This document shows, one piece after another, positions 37,136 through 50,258 of a stretch of DNA of 64,000 bases. A model generated the notes under the pieces. The model was not told the origin of the DNA. It saw nothing but the letters and a program-made list of their open reading frames with translations, and did not search any database. The stretch comes from Saccostrea echinata (Eukaryota), in assembly GCF_033153115.1 (NCBI RefSeq), contig NW_026889778.1:5828001-5892000 (forward strand), written 5' to 3'. A program made the position numbers and the translations under genes. Numbering within the stretch: the stretch's first letter is position 1; the number at the start of each line of letters is the position of its first letter.

Positions 37136-37895
37136 AAAATTTCTAGAGTTGTCTGGACAGTACAGCAGAATCTTAGAGAGGTGGATCTAATAAAAATATT
37201 TACTTATACAAATATTTTCTTCGGATGTTATCGATAATTATAGCATTAATTTCCTTTAATATGATCAATTATTTTAATACCATACCCTGCATATTTCAGG
37301 TATCACACCACGGTTATCGACCAGTCAAGATGTTAATTGTTCCATGCATATAAAATTAATTTTTATTTCTTTTGAGAATTTTTTTTTTGGGGGGGGGGGG
37401 TTCTTCCAGTCTATTTTTGCAACTTTGATGCCTGTGCCTAGTAAATTTTATGTACTTTGTAAATAAATAAAGGTTTTTTTGTCAGGATCTATTCTTTTTC
37501 ATGCAGGGCATAGGAGGCTACTTCCTGGGGTGCACTTGAGAGGTTTATATATAACACATTGAAAACGGGTGAATCAGCCCATTCCACCCGTATTTATCGT
37601 AAGACATATATTTATGGGAAAAAACCTGTGTTTTTCATTGACACCACTTGCGTGATCAATGAAATGGGTGAAATTAATAATATTGTGACGTACTTATACT
37701 TTCTAACATAAAATTAAGGATTACAAATTAATTCCGATATTTATTTTAATTTCCTTTTTTATTTTACTTTGTTTATTTTTACTCATATATTTTCTATAAT
37801 TATACTAGGATGTTTCATTTTAAATTCATCATTATTATTGAGCACGTAGGATATTGAAATCATGCCCCCAGCCCCCCCCCCCCCCCCCCCCTCCC

Positions 37896-37926
<31 letters not shown>

Positions 37927-39376
37927 AAAGACCTGGCTCATATTGTACTCTGAACATAAAGCTTTAAACTTAAATCTGTAAAAGTTTTGGATCCTTCCCT
38001 AATTACTGCTGACATCGTTTGTCTCGGTATCACTGTCATGGGTAATATAAAGATTAGCGTTAATTGCGCTTTGATTGAATTTAGTCTAAATCTAAATCCG
38101 AGAAAATCCACAGAATTTTTTGTTTGGATGTTATTAATCAAGCGCGGGTTGAGTCAGTGGTAGTGTGTATGTACGGCACAGGTACAGTCGCACATGTTGT
38201 ATATATCAGGCACAGGATACAGTCATAGATATACAAAATGTACGCTGTAGTAAATGTTACTTTTTAGAGATAATAGCGATTCATACAATGGATTTAGGCA
38301 TAGTCAAGCTTACATATATTTTCCACGATATATTCACTAAGCCAGTTATCGTTACCGTTTTTGCGATTACAGCCTTCCATAAAGTAGATTTATTTAAAAT
38401 CAGAAATTTTCTTTCCTCCATATTAACACATTTCGTATTTTTCATTAAAAAACAATCCATACTTAATCAACAACCTATAGTTTAATACGTTGAACAATCC
38501 GGAAAATCTTGCTCTGACATTCCGTTTTTGATATTAGTGAGCAGGTACAGTCATGGATGTCCGGTACCAGCATTGCCGAGTACAGTTGCGGATGATAGCT
38601 GACAGCCACTGTTGCAATTTTACCTGGATTTAACGACTATATAATTTCCGATTCCTACTTTCGATTTCGGTCGAGCATGCTACGTTATTTGGTTCAAAAC
38701 ATCTACAGACACGCGTTTATTTCATTTAATAATTATATAATGCGAGTTTTAGGAATAAGACAACATTTCAAAATAAATATTTTTACTTACGTTTTGATAT
38801 TTATTGAATAAAAATTAAAATATAATGCATAAACATTCATGTTTTTTCTCTCCAATGATCGAGTGCCATTTTGAAAATAGACGTTCGAGGTCGATCCCGG
38901 TATCATTTCGTGCTATAACGACCAAATGGATATTCAGCTATAAAACCTGCCTGTTTAACTTTTAATTAACAAGTAACTTAATCCTAGATGTTTATTTAAC
39001 TTAAATTGGGACTGTGCTCCTGATACTGTCCAACTTAGCGATAAATAAAAATAAAGGATTTCAAATTATTAAGGCGTTTTCTCAATCTTTTTACCATTAG
39101 TCCACCCCTGTGTCTTTTGAAAAGTACATGCACATTTGCCTTGGTATGACAAGTGGTGTGAAAAACCGGGCATGCCCCTCCTCTCACCATGGCAGGTGAT
39201 ACTTCATCTATCGCAGTCTGCATCATTCACAGATACCTTTCATTCAGGATCATCAATTGGTTGTGAGGCACATTTGGAATTTTGCATGGACCCGTTTGCC
39301 ATGCATAGGATGAGGAGTGATAGAGACAAAGCGTCGTCGTCATTTCTCTAGAAAGTGGGGGGGGGGCATCTTTCTC

Positions 39377-39377
<1 letters not shown>

Positions 39378-39416
<39 letters not shown>

Positions 39417-42400
39417 CCGTTCTCGTCCGTCGGCGTGCGTCGTGCGGTGTGCGTCGTGCGTTAACATTTGAACATTTTTAGCTTCTTCTCTATAACCGCT
39501 TAACCAATTTCAACCAAATTTAGCATATAGCATCTATCGGTGAAGGGGAACAAAATTTGTGAATTTCATGGTCCCTGCCCCCCTGGGGCCTGAGGGGTGG
39601 GGCTAAAACCACCAAAAATAATGCAATCTTTAAAAATCTTCTTCTTTACTCCCGGCCATCAAGCAGTCAAACTGTTGGCATCATTGTAATAAGCATTGAG
39701 CCCTCTACCAAAATTGTGAAATTCATGGCCCCAGGGTCAGGGGTTCTGGCCCCAGGGTGGGGCTATATAGATCATATAGTGAAAGTGCATTATTTCTTTG
39801 AAAATCTTCTTCTCTGCTCCTGAGTATTAAATAAGGTAACTAAGTACATAGTTATGAAGAGCAAGAGTGCCTCTTCCAAAATTGTGAAATTCATGGCCCC
39901 AGGGTCAGGGCTTCTGGTGTTAGGGCGGGGCTCTGTAGATTATATAGTGAAAATGCATTTATTCTTTGAAAATCTTCTTCTCTGCTCCTGGGCATTAAGA
40001 TGATAAACTAAGTACATAGTTATGATGAGCAAGAGTGCCTCTTCCAAAATTGTGAAATTCATGGCCCCAGGGTCAGGGGTTCTGGCCCCAGGGTGGGCTA
40101 TATAGATCATATAGTGAAAGTGCATTATTTCTTTGAAAATCTTCTTCTCTGCTCCTGGGTATTAAATAAGGTAACTAAGTACATAGTTATGAAGAGCAAG
40201 AGTGCCTCTTCCAAAATTGTGAAATTCATGGCCCCAGGGTCAGGCTTCTGGTGTTAGGGCGGGGCTCTGTAGATTATATAGTGAAAATGCATTTATTCTT
40301 TGAAAATCTTCTTCTCTGCTCCTGGGTATTAAATAAAGTAACTAAGTACATAGTTATGATGAGCAAGAGTGCCTCTTCCAAAATTGTGAAATTCATGGCC
40401 CCAGGGTCAGGGGTTCTGGCCCCAGGGTGGGGCTATATAGATCATATAGTGAAAGTGCATTATTTCTTTGAAAATCTTCTTCTCTGCTCCTGGGTATTAA
40501 ATAAGGTAACTAAGTACATAGTTATGATGAGCAAGAGTGCCTCTTCCAAAATTGTGAAATTCATGGCCCCAGGGTTAGGGGTTCTGGTATAAGGGCGGGG
40601 CTCTATTGATTATATAGGGAAAATGCATTAATTCTTTGAAAATCTTCTTCTCTGCTCCTGGGTATTGAATAAAGTAACTAAGTACATAGTTATGATGAGC
40701 AAGAGTGCCTCTTCCAAAATTGTGAAATTCATGGCCCCAGGGTCAGGGGTTCTGGTGTTAGGGCGGGGCTCTATAGTTTATATAGTGAAAAAACATTAAT
40801 TCTTTGAAAATCTTCTTCTCTGCTCCTGGGTATTAAATAAAGTAACTAAGTACATAGTTATGATGAGCAAAAGTGCCTTTTCAAGAATTGTGAATTTCAT
40901 GGCCCCAGGGTCAGGGGTTCTGGTGTTAGGGCGGGGCTCTATTGACTAAATAGTGAAAATGCATTAATTCTTTGAAAATCTTCTCCTCTGCTCCTGGGCA
41001 TTAAGATGATAAACTAAGTACATAGTTATGATGAGCAAGAGTGCCTCTTCCAAAATTGTAAAATTCATGGCCCCAGGGTCAGGGGTTCTGGTGTTAGGGC
41101 GGGGCTGTATTGATTATATAGTGAAAATGCATTAATTCTTTGAAAATCTTCTCCTCTGCTCCTGGGTATTATTTAAACAAACTAAGTGCATGGTTATGAT
41201 GCATAAGGATGCCTTTTCAAAAATTGTGAATTTCATGGCCCCAGGGTCAGGGGTTCTGGTGTTAGGGTGGGGCTCTATTGATTATATAGTGAAAATGCAT
41301 TGATTCTTTGAAAATCTTCTTCTCTGCTACTGGAGATTATTTAAACAAACTAAGTGCATGGTTATGATGCATAAGGATGCCTTTTCAAAAATTGTGAATT
41401 TCATGGCCCCAGGGTCAGGGGTTCTGGTGTTAGGGTGGGGCTCTATTGATTATATAGTGAAAATGCATTGATTCTTTGAAAATCTTCTTCTCTGCTACTG
41501 GAGATTATTTAAACAAACTAAGTGCATGGTTATGATGCATAAGGATGCCTTTTCAAAAATTGTGAATTTCATGGCCCCAGGGTCAGGGGTTCTGGTGTTA
41601 GGGTGGGGCTCTATTGATTATATAGTGAAAATGCATTGATTCTTTGAAAATCTTCTTCTCTGCTACTGGAGATTATTTAAACAAACTAAGTGCATGGTTA
41701 TGATGCATAAGGATGCCTTTTTAAAAATTGTGAATTTCATGGCCCCAGGGTCAGGGGTTCCGGTGTTAGGGCGGGGCTCTATTGATTATATAGTGAAAAT
41801 GCATTGATTCTATGAAAATCTTCTTCTTTGCTACTGGAGATTATTTAAACAAACTAAATGCATGATTAAGATAGGCAAGGATGCCTCTTCCAAAATTTTT
41901 AAATACATGGCCTCAGTTTTTGGGGTTCTTGAGGGGGGGGGGGGAGGGGGGCTCTATTGATTATATAGTGAAAATGCATTAACTCTATTAATTAATCATT
42001 AACTAATCCTGCCTGCTCCTTAGTGTTGAGCTGATAAATAAATTGCTTAGCTATGATGAAGATGGGAGCTTCGAACAGAATTTTTAAATCTTGTGGTCCT
42101 AGGGTCAGGGGTTCTGGCATAACGAGGAGGGGGGGGGGCTTTTGATAATATAGTGGAAAAGTGTTAATTCTTTGAAGTCCATAGTTATGATGATGAGGGT
42201 AACTCTTCCAAATTTGTAAATTTCTTGACCTTTGGTCTTGGGTTCTGGTGTTAGGGTAAGGCTTTTTTGAATCTGTAGTGAAAATGCACTGTACCTGTGA
42301 AATTCTTCTCTGCTTCTGGGCATATTGGAAGCAAGCTGAGTAAAAGTTTAAATGATATAAGTAAGCGTATTTCTACCAGATTTTTGAACATCTGGACAAT

Positions 42401-42944
42401 TTGTCTAAGCATTCTGGTCCTGGACAGGGCTCTATTAATTTGTATTCTACTGAGAGAAGTTATTCCCCTTTTCCATTCACCTTTGATAATTAATCACTGT
42501 AAATAATGTATTTGAAAGATTAATAGAATAAGATAATTATGTAAGAATGTTTATCGTATAATTCAAAAAGTACTTTCTTAGTTTTAATAATCAGGCAGAC
42601 CTGTAAGTAATAGATAAATAAAAATGAGACAAAAATAACTTATCTTATTAAAAGTTCTTCAAAGACCATAAGAGAGGTCAATGCTAGAGGTCTTAATATG
42701 GGTTTATAAATAGTACAGAAGCACTAATAGTTTGTTAATAGTCTGCATGGTGATAATTTTAAGTGGGGGACAGATTAGAACTTAAGTTATGAGTTGATAC
42801 TGAATACTAGACTAATTATTTTGTTGATGCTGATCTTCCTACTTCTCTTGCTTTAGGGCAACAAAGCTTCATCTATCAGTGTATTTAACTTCTAAATTGT
42901 TGTATTATACTCAGGTGACCGTTAAGGACCTTGGGCCTCTTGTT
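39378..42944 (+). mobile_element. Non-autonomous Helentron (HINE) with central ~167-168 bp satellite array (Cg170/HindIII-like)
   Basis: 5' TTTT-AGGTCACCTGAGTCACTCAGGTGACCT hairpin and a CGTC/CGTG microsatellite; ~14-15 tandem units (TTCATGG at 39722, 39890, 40058, 40225, 40392, 40560...); 3' CTCAGGTGACC..GGGCCTCTTGTT. Confidence 0.85.
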
Positions 42945-44375
42945 CTCAAAAGATGACCATAAATAGAATTTGTACGGAAAATCAAGAGCAACATGAAGAA
43001 TGTCCACAAAACAACAAAAATTCATTTAGAAAAATAGCCATAGATGAAACATAACCCACGTGAGTCTAATTTTTGTTTCTGGAACATTTGCAACTTTAAT
43101 GTCCGTATTGACATTCAAAGATCGACAATTCAATGCTTATATTTATATCTGTATAAATTATTTGTATTAAGTGGATATAAGTACATAAAATATTATATCA
43201 TTGATCCGTGCATTGCATTGATGGAAGAGCTTACTTTTTTAAAACTCTCTCATTTAGATATGGCTTTAGATGGCTTTAGAAAACATGTTCTAACCACATG
43301 TAGTTTAGAGTTGGTCAATTGGAATCGAGTTTTTATAAGAAATAAAGGAGAAAATATATTCAGTGGCTGTAAATCTTTACAGATACATGTACAATGATAA
43401 AATTTCTAACGCTACGACAAAAAAAATTGATATTTTACTTTTCAAATCTGGTTTATGATGTATGTGATATATTAATATGTTTGCAAAGGAAAACATGAGG
43501 CATTTAAATGGCTTAACTGATAAATAACTACAATTTTCAATGTTTACTGAAGGTAACAATTTCATAGGAAAAAAAAATATGAAAATCTTGCTCACATTTT
43601 TTGGGAGGAATAAATTTCTCTTTTTTAGGGGTAGGTCGGGACCACTTATGCATTAAAGCTTTTCAATATTGAACTGAGATTTGCTTTCTTCCTAGCCACA
43701 GTGCTCAGGTGAATGATGTGGCCTATGGTCATCTTGTTTGAAAAGGGGGCGTAGGTAAGTAAAAATATATACGAGTATTTTATTTTCAATTTTTCATCAA
43801 TATAAAGAATGATGATTTTTTTCAGTAAAAAATAAATGGAAAAAATCTACTAGTAAAATAATTTCTATTTGAAACTAGAATATATGATAAGAAGAACAAC
43901 TTATAAAGTGATCGACATTTTACTTATCATCATCTATGATATGATAACGAAGAATAAACACCAAACCGGAAGTATAAACTCTGGTCTAGTTAATATCAGG
44001 GCGGTGGCTAGAATTAAGAACGTTAGGCCAGCTGATTAAGGTACATTTTCTGACGTAGACACCTGCTGTGATCAATATTTATTATCCAGGTTCATTTGTA
44101 GTTTGCTTATAGACTTTTTAGTATATTGTCTGTTTTTAGAAACATTTCAGAAACTTGCATGTGTATAACTTTGTAGATTGAAGTTTAAAACTCAAAGATG
44201 AGCTTGCATGTGTATAACTTTGTACACTTGAAGTTTAAAACTCAAAGTTGAGGATTTTTAATGCCCTCTACAAATTTCTATCTTACAGATTAAAAAAAAT
44301 TACAATTATTTAAACAATTTCTTCCTGTATCAATAATTTATTTACAGATTCAAATTTTGACAATCAAGTTAAAGA

Positions 44376-46034
44376 ATGGCTACTCCCATCTCCCTGGCTC
44401 AGGAAGTCATCACGTGTGACCTTTGTGACACGCCCACTCAACAATTCTGTAACAGATGTCAAGTCAGTTTATGTGCGGGTTGTGTCAGTAAACATGTGGA
44501 CAAGCACCGGCCTCACACACATGTCATTGTTCCTTTCAAGAACAGGAAGACAGAACATGTTTTTACAGAGTGTGAATTTCACCCATATCATAGATGCGAG
44601 GGCCACTGTCAACAGTGTGATGTCACTGTCTGCATGAAATGTGTCATCACTTCCCATAATGGACATATCGTGGGAGACATACCAAAAAACTTTAATGACA
44701 AGAAAAAAAATATCCAGAGAGAAAATCATGAAATAGAATCCAATATCATTCCCAGTTACATGAAGAAAAATGAAAATATAGAAAAAGACAAAGAACTAGC
44801 AATGAAAAAATTTGATGAAGTTGAAAAAGAAATAAAGAGACACAGAAAATTGTGGCATCAAGAAGTAGGCAGCATCTTCAATAAGCTTAGATCTTTGCTC
44901 AAATCCATGAGAGATAACCAACTAGCTGTACTGAAGACACACCAAACCAAACTCAAAAATCTGATTCCAGACATGATTAAAACAGTCCAAGAAAACAAAG
45001 AAATACTCAAGTCCAATAAAGTTGCCAAAATCACAAACTTCAAATCTAGACTTATGGAATACAGGAATATTGGTCTAGACATTTATGTGTCAGTTCCTGC
45101 ACTGCAAACTAACACAGTTCAAGGGAGAGAACTCAGTATAGAGTTAGGTGAATACAAGGCTACACTGACACAGTCATCAGACTCATCACTCTCCAACCTG
45201 ACAGATGAAGTATCCTATTTATCTGCAAGAGAATTATTAGACAGAGCAAGAATTATTACCACTTTTCCTATTGCAGTTAAACCTCTATACAGACTGGCCT
45301 GTTCAGGATCAGATAAAGCTTGGGTAAGTGGAGAAAACAATACCGTAGACTGTCTTGACATTAACGGGTCTATACTGGAGACTGTTTCTTGTAAAACACA
45401 CCCTGAAGATATCTCTGTGACCAAAAACGGAGAATTAATATACAGTGATTATGAAAATAAAACGGTGGACATTGTAAAACACGGGAAAACAGAGGTATTG
45501 ATCACAACACAAAAGGACTGGAATCCAGCAAGACTGACCAGTACCAAATCAGGAGACATACTGGTCAGTCTGTATAATGGAGACCAAAATAAGATTGTCC
45601 GTTATCAGGGACAGAAAGTGAAACAGGAAATATTTAAAGACGAAAATGAAAAACTAATCTATGGAGGTGGTAAATGGACCCTTTTTGTTGCGGAGAACAA
45701 CAATGAAGATATCTGTGTCTCTGATCGTAATGGTGACGCTGTAGTTGTAGTGGACAAGACACGAAGAGTCCGATTCCGATACGATAGTACGCCAGCCATA
45801 GGGAAGAAGAAATTTGATCCAAATCAGCTTGTGACAGATTCTCTGAGTCAGATCATTGTAGCAGATTGGACCAACGACTGTCTACATATTCTGGATCAAG
45901 ATGGAGAGTTCCTGAGATGTGTGGATAATTGCGAATTATCTAGGCCCCTAGGACTGATTTTGGACAGCGATGAAAGGTTGTGGGTTGGATTGTATGAAAA
46001 AGGAGAAGTAAAGGTGATCCAGTACATGAAATAA
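44376..46034 (+). CDS. TRIM-like B-box/B-box/coiled-coil/NHL-repeat protein, copy B1 (552 aa)
   Basis: Intact ORF with two B-boxes, coiled coil and NHL-like repeats; paralog of A1. Confidence 0.9.
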   Translation: MATPISLAQEVITCDLCDTPTQQFCNRCQVSLCAGCVSKHVDKHRPHTHVIVPFKNRKTEHVFTECEFHPYHRCEGHCQQCDVTVCMKCVITSHNGHIVGDIPKNFNDKKKNIQRENHEIESNIIPSYMKKNENIEKDKELAMKKFDEVEKEIKRHRKLWHQEVGSIFNKLRSLLKSMRDNQLAVLKTHQTKLKNLIPDMIKTVQENKEILKSNKVAKITNFKSRLMEYRNIGLDIYVSVPALQTNTVQGRELSIELGEYKATLTQSSDSSLSNLTDEVSYLSARELLDRARIITTFPIAVKPLYRLACSGSDKAWVSGENNTVDCLDINGSILETVSCKTHPEDISVTKNGELIYSDYENKTVDIVKHGKTEVLITTQKDWNPARLTSTKSGDILVSLYNGDQNKIVRYQGQKVKQEIFKDENEKLIYGGGKWTLFVAENNNEDICVSDRNGDAVVVVDKTRRVRFRYDSTPAIGKKKFDPNQLVTDSLSQIIVADWTNDCLHILDQDGEFLRCVDNCELSRPLGLILDSDERLWVGLYEKGEVKVIQYMK

Positions 46035-48384
46035 ACTTATAATGTAACATTTCAGAATATGATCGTGTACGACGTGTGTTCTTCGTGTTTGCATATACAC
46101 AGAATTACATGTATACAGTTTTGATGGTGAGGGCGGACAAGTTATGTTTTTCATATATCTGATCAATATAAACACCCACGGCGGATGTGACCGATTGACA
46201 GGGGATGCTTATTCTTCCTAGGCACCTAATCCTACCTCTGGAGTTTCCAGGCGTCCGTGTTTTATGTTCTGCTCAAAATTTTGTAATGTTTATGGGATTT
46301 ATGAGGTCGTGCATTATCCGTCATCTTTTATTTTTTTCATTTAGAAAAAAAAATCCTGGAAAAAATATCACCTAACATAACTACCTTTCTACAATCTGCG
46401 AAATACAGTGTTACGTGAGACCCTAATATTAGAAGATTAAATACGTGCAATGCTAAAAGAATACCGACAAAGCGAATGTGATTATTAACCAAGAAGAAAA
46501 GTTGATCATCTTTCAGTGATATACCTCCTTTATTCTGAACAATCAAATCAAAATACTGTTGAAGTAAATAACCATTTCAACGAAGCAACATAGAGCAAGA
46601 ACTCTATTGATGGAATTTTTTTTACCAAAAGTTTATGGAATCAATAAGTGCCATTATCTAAGAAGAATGAAGAGGAAAATAGACAACGCTTTCTTACTTT
46701 TGAAAAGAGAAAATCAACTTAAGGCTCAAAAATGCGGATGTTATGAAATCCTGCGATTTTATGCTTTTACAGGACTGTGAACAACATATTATAAATTTAA
46801 AACAAAACAATATAGATAGAAAGGATTAAAAGTAAAATCAACAGCTTCTTTGTTAATATCAAATAAGAAGTACTCATTCTTGAGTAATTTTCTACTTTTG
46901 AAAGGGTTGAGTTTGTTAGAATTACACATGTAAGTAAATTTTTTTTTGATAAATAATAAGTGATAATTTATTTCAATAGAAACATTTACAAAGGAATATT
47001 AATTTCTTTATCAGGCTCTCTGAAATTCTGTTCTGTGTTGTCTGTTAGAAACTTGAATACATGTATTTGAAAGGACAAATAAGTTAAGCATGGATATCAT
47101 GGAGTGATCTACAGGTTATCTGATTTGTATATCCTGATAACAACTATGAAATCTGATACTTCCGGTTTGACAAAGACTGAAAGTAAAATCATAGTCTACG
47201 TAATATCGGGGTGGCTGCTAGAAGAACAGTTTAGCTGATCAAGTTATATTTTCTGATTTACCATATTTGCTTTGATCAATAATTATGTATTATACCATTT
47301 TAAAAGAAATTTACTTTCCATTTGACACTTTACACTTGTACATTAACTATGTAAACCAGAATTTACCCATCCCAAAAATAAATAAATAGATAGATAAATA
47401 AACAAGTAAATATATAAATGAATCAGAATAAAAATTGGAAAAAGGAAAGACAAATTTTTCTCGAGTAAGTAAAAAAGAGATATTTCAATTAACGTTTTCA
47501 TAAAGGCGGATGTAAGAATTTTTTTCTAGGAAAACATAAAAAATTGACGCAAAAAGTTTTTTGATAAGCAAATGGGGTTCCTATGTGGGTCATTTTTAGT
47601 CACTTGCAATTGATGATTTAAATTCAATAACTCTGAAAATCCTTCAGAGAGATTTCTCCAGACCCCTGACCCCTCCCTCCCTCCAATCTGGATCTGGTAC
47701 TGATTATTTAAATATTCAAAATTACATCAGCAGCCAGGGTAGAATAGTGGTGGAGAGTTCGCGAACGTGATCGGAAGGCCCAGATTCAATTCTTGTTGCC
47801 GCACCGCCTCAACAAAGGTAGTGACTGTTCCATCGCCAACCGCCCGGCTTAAGAATTGAAAGTCACGGGTCTTTCGGATAAGACCTTTAAAAAACCGAGG
47901 TCCCTGTCAAGGTAGGCGTTGGCACGATAAAGAACCCTTACTGCTCAATGGCCCCGAGTGCCGAGTATAGGTCTAAATTCGAAGCCCATCATCTTCATAC
48001 GATATGACGTCTCTAAATGAGCGAAAAAGTCACAATGTGACAGATATAACAAACATCTTGAATGACAAGAAAAAAGAAATCCGGCTGAAATGTTCGCTTT
48101 TATTACTCATATTATTTGACAATGTTCACTCGCATCCCTGAACTTTGGAGTTCATAATCTGTCATGTTTGACATTTCCTCTCTAGTGTTACTCCGTAGTA
48201 GAACGTTTTTATAATTTAATCTTAAGTTTCTGGTAATCATGATGACCCTTACATAATCTTTTCCTTGATCAGTTCCAGAATTTCCAAAAATAAAATATCG
48301 TATTTGAGATACATCATGCCTCATAACAATTTCCTGTAAAAACAATTTATTTACAGATTAAAGTTTCAACAATCAAGCAAGAGA

Positions 48385-50073
48385 ATGGCTACAGATATTT
48401 CGATTTCCTGTGCTCAGAAAGTCAACACATGTGACTTTTGTGACAACCCTATCCAGCATTTTTGCAACAGGTGTCAAGTCAGTTTATGTGAAGATTGTAT
48501 TAACAAACATGTAAGGAAACAGAAATCATTAACCCATGAAATCGCTTCTTTCAAGGAGGGAATTATACAGATAATTTTTTCAGAGTGCAGGTTTCACCCT
48601 AACTGGAGATGTGAGGCCCACTGCCAGCAGTGTGATGTCCCTGTGTGCATGATGTGTGTCATCACTTCCCATAATGGACACAAGGTGGGAGATATAACAA
48701 ACATATTCAATGAAAAGAAAAAGAAAATCCAGGAGGAAATTCACGAAATCGAATCTAGTATTCTCCCGAGATCCACGAAGAAAAATGAAGATACAGAAAC
48801 AGGGATAACCAATTTTATGAATAAATATGCTGAACTTGAGAAAGAAACAGAGAAACAAAGACAAGTTTGGCACCAAGAAGTGGACATCATCTTCAATAAA
48901 CTGAGTTCTATGAACCAATCCATGAAGGATGACCACATGGCCGTACTGAAATTACGCCAAACCAAACTCAACAACCTGATTGCAGACATGATCGAAACAG
49001 TTGATCAAAACAAGAAGATGCTGAAGTCCAATGAAGTGTCTCAAGTCAACAACTTCAAACCGAAAGTGAAAGAGTACAGAGACATTCCTGAAGTCACTGA
49101 CGTTTTCATTCCTTTATTGAGAACCAACACAGTTCAAGGGAGAGAACTCAGTATTGAGCTAGGTGAATGGAAGGCTACACTGGCACAGACATCTACGAAA
49201 GAGTTATTAGACAAAGCCAAAGTTGTTGCCACATTTTCTACTGGAATTAAACCACTATTTAGAGTAGTTTGTGTTGGAGCTGATAAATCTTGGGTAAGTG
49301 AAAAAGGAAGAACCATAAGATGTGTTGACATGCATGGATCTGTACATGATACTGTTACACCAACATTAAACTCTTCTGATGATAGCCCAAAACCTAAAGA
49401 GGAAGAACTGATATGTATATCAGTGAACAGAAAGGGAGAACTCATGTACAGTGATTATAACAATAGAACTGTTAACATTTACAGACATGGAAGGTCAGAG
49501 TTAATGATCACAACACCAAATGACTGGAAACCAGCAGGACTGAGCAGTACTAAATCAGGCGACATACTGGTTAATCTGTATAATGGAGATCAAAATAAGA
49601 TTGTCCGTTATCAGGGACAGAAAGTGAAACAGAAAATATTTAAAGATGAGTATGAAAAACCAATCTATGGAAGCGGTGACTATATGCTGTTTGTAGCAGA
49701 GAACAACAATGAAGATATCTGTGTCTCTGATCGTAATGCGGACACAGTGGTAGTGGTGGACAAAACAGGAAGAGTTCGATTCCGATTCGATGGTACACCA
49801 GCCAAAAGTAAGGAAGCATTTGATCCTAATGAGCTAGTGACGGACTCATTGAGTCAGATCATTGTGACAGATTGGAAAAATAACTGTCTACATATTCTGG
49901 ATCAAGATGGCCAGTTCCTGAGATGTGTGGATAATTGTGATTTATGCAAGCCTCGTGGACTGAGTTTGGACAATGAGGGGAGGTTGTGGGTGGGATTATT
50001 TGAAAAAGGAGAAGTGAAGTTGATCCAGTACATGAAATCAACATATACCAGTATAATGTTAAACTTGTCATAA
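48385..50073 (+). CDS. TRIM-like B-box/B-box/coiled-coil/NHL-repeat protein, copy B2 (562 aa)
   Basis: Intact ORF, paralog of A2. TCA replaces the A2 TAG, adding 11 aa. Confidence 0.9.
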   Translation: MATDISISCAQKVNTCDFCDNPIQHFCNRCQVSLCEDCINKHVRKQKSLTHEIASFKEGIIQIIFSECRFHPNWRCEAHCQQCDVPVCMMCVITSHNGHKVGDITNIFNEKKKKIQEEIHEIESSILPRSTKKNEDTETGITNFMNKYAELEKETEKQRQVWHQEVDIIFNKLSSMNQSMKDDHMAVLKLRQTKLNNLIADMIETVDQNKKMLKSNEVSQVNNFKPKVKEYRDIPEVTDVFIPLLRTNTVQGRELSIELGEWKATLAQTSTKELLDKAKVVATFSTGIKPLFRVVCVGADKSWVSEKGRTIRCVDMHGSVHDTVTPTLNSSDDSPKPKEEELICISVNRKGELMYSDYNNRTVNIYRHGRSELMITTPNDWKPAGLSSTKSGDILVNLYNGDQNKIVRYQGQKVKQKIFKDEYEKPIYGSGDYMLFVAENNNEDICVSDRNADTVVVVDKTGRVRFRFDGTPAKSKEAFDPNELVTDSLSQIIVTDWKNNCLHILDQDGQFLRCVDNCDLCKPRGLSLDNEGRLWVGLFEKGEVKLIQYMKSTYTSIMLNLS

Positions 50074-50258
50074 TTTGCCTGTGTACCATTTGTGTTTTTC
50101 TAATGTTTACTGGTTTATTTGATGCATTTTATGACGATCATTTCAATTTACATTATCAATATTGCAACGAAAATATGCTGTGTCTAAATATTTGCATTAA
50201 ACCTGGTATAAATTATTACTTTTCCTGTACTCTACAGCATTTCGTTATAATAATACGT

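Larger units (their letters stand above)
29709..38605. repeat. 8.9 kb inverted repeat / foldback structure
   Basis: ~29709-31140 is the reverse complement of ~37095-38605 at high identity. Each arm continues inward into an inverted minisatellite array; ~2.5 kb spacer. Confidence 0.9.

Noticed and set aside
40251-40592. 113-aa repeated ORF
   Set aside because: Read-through of two 168-bp satellite units.
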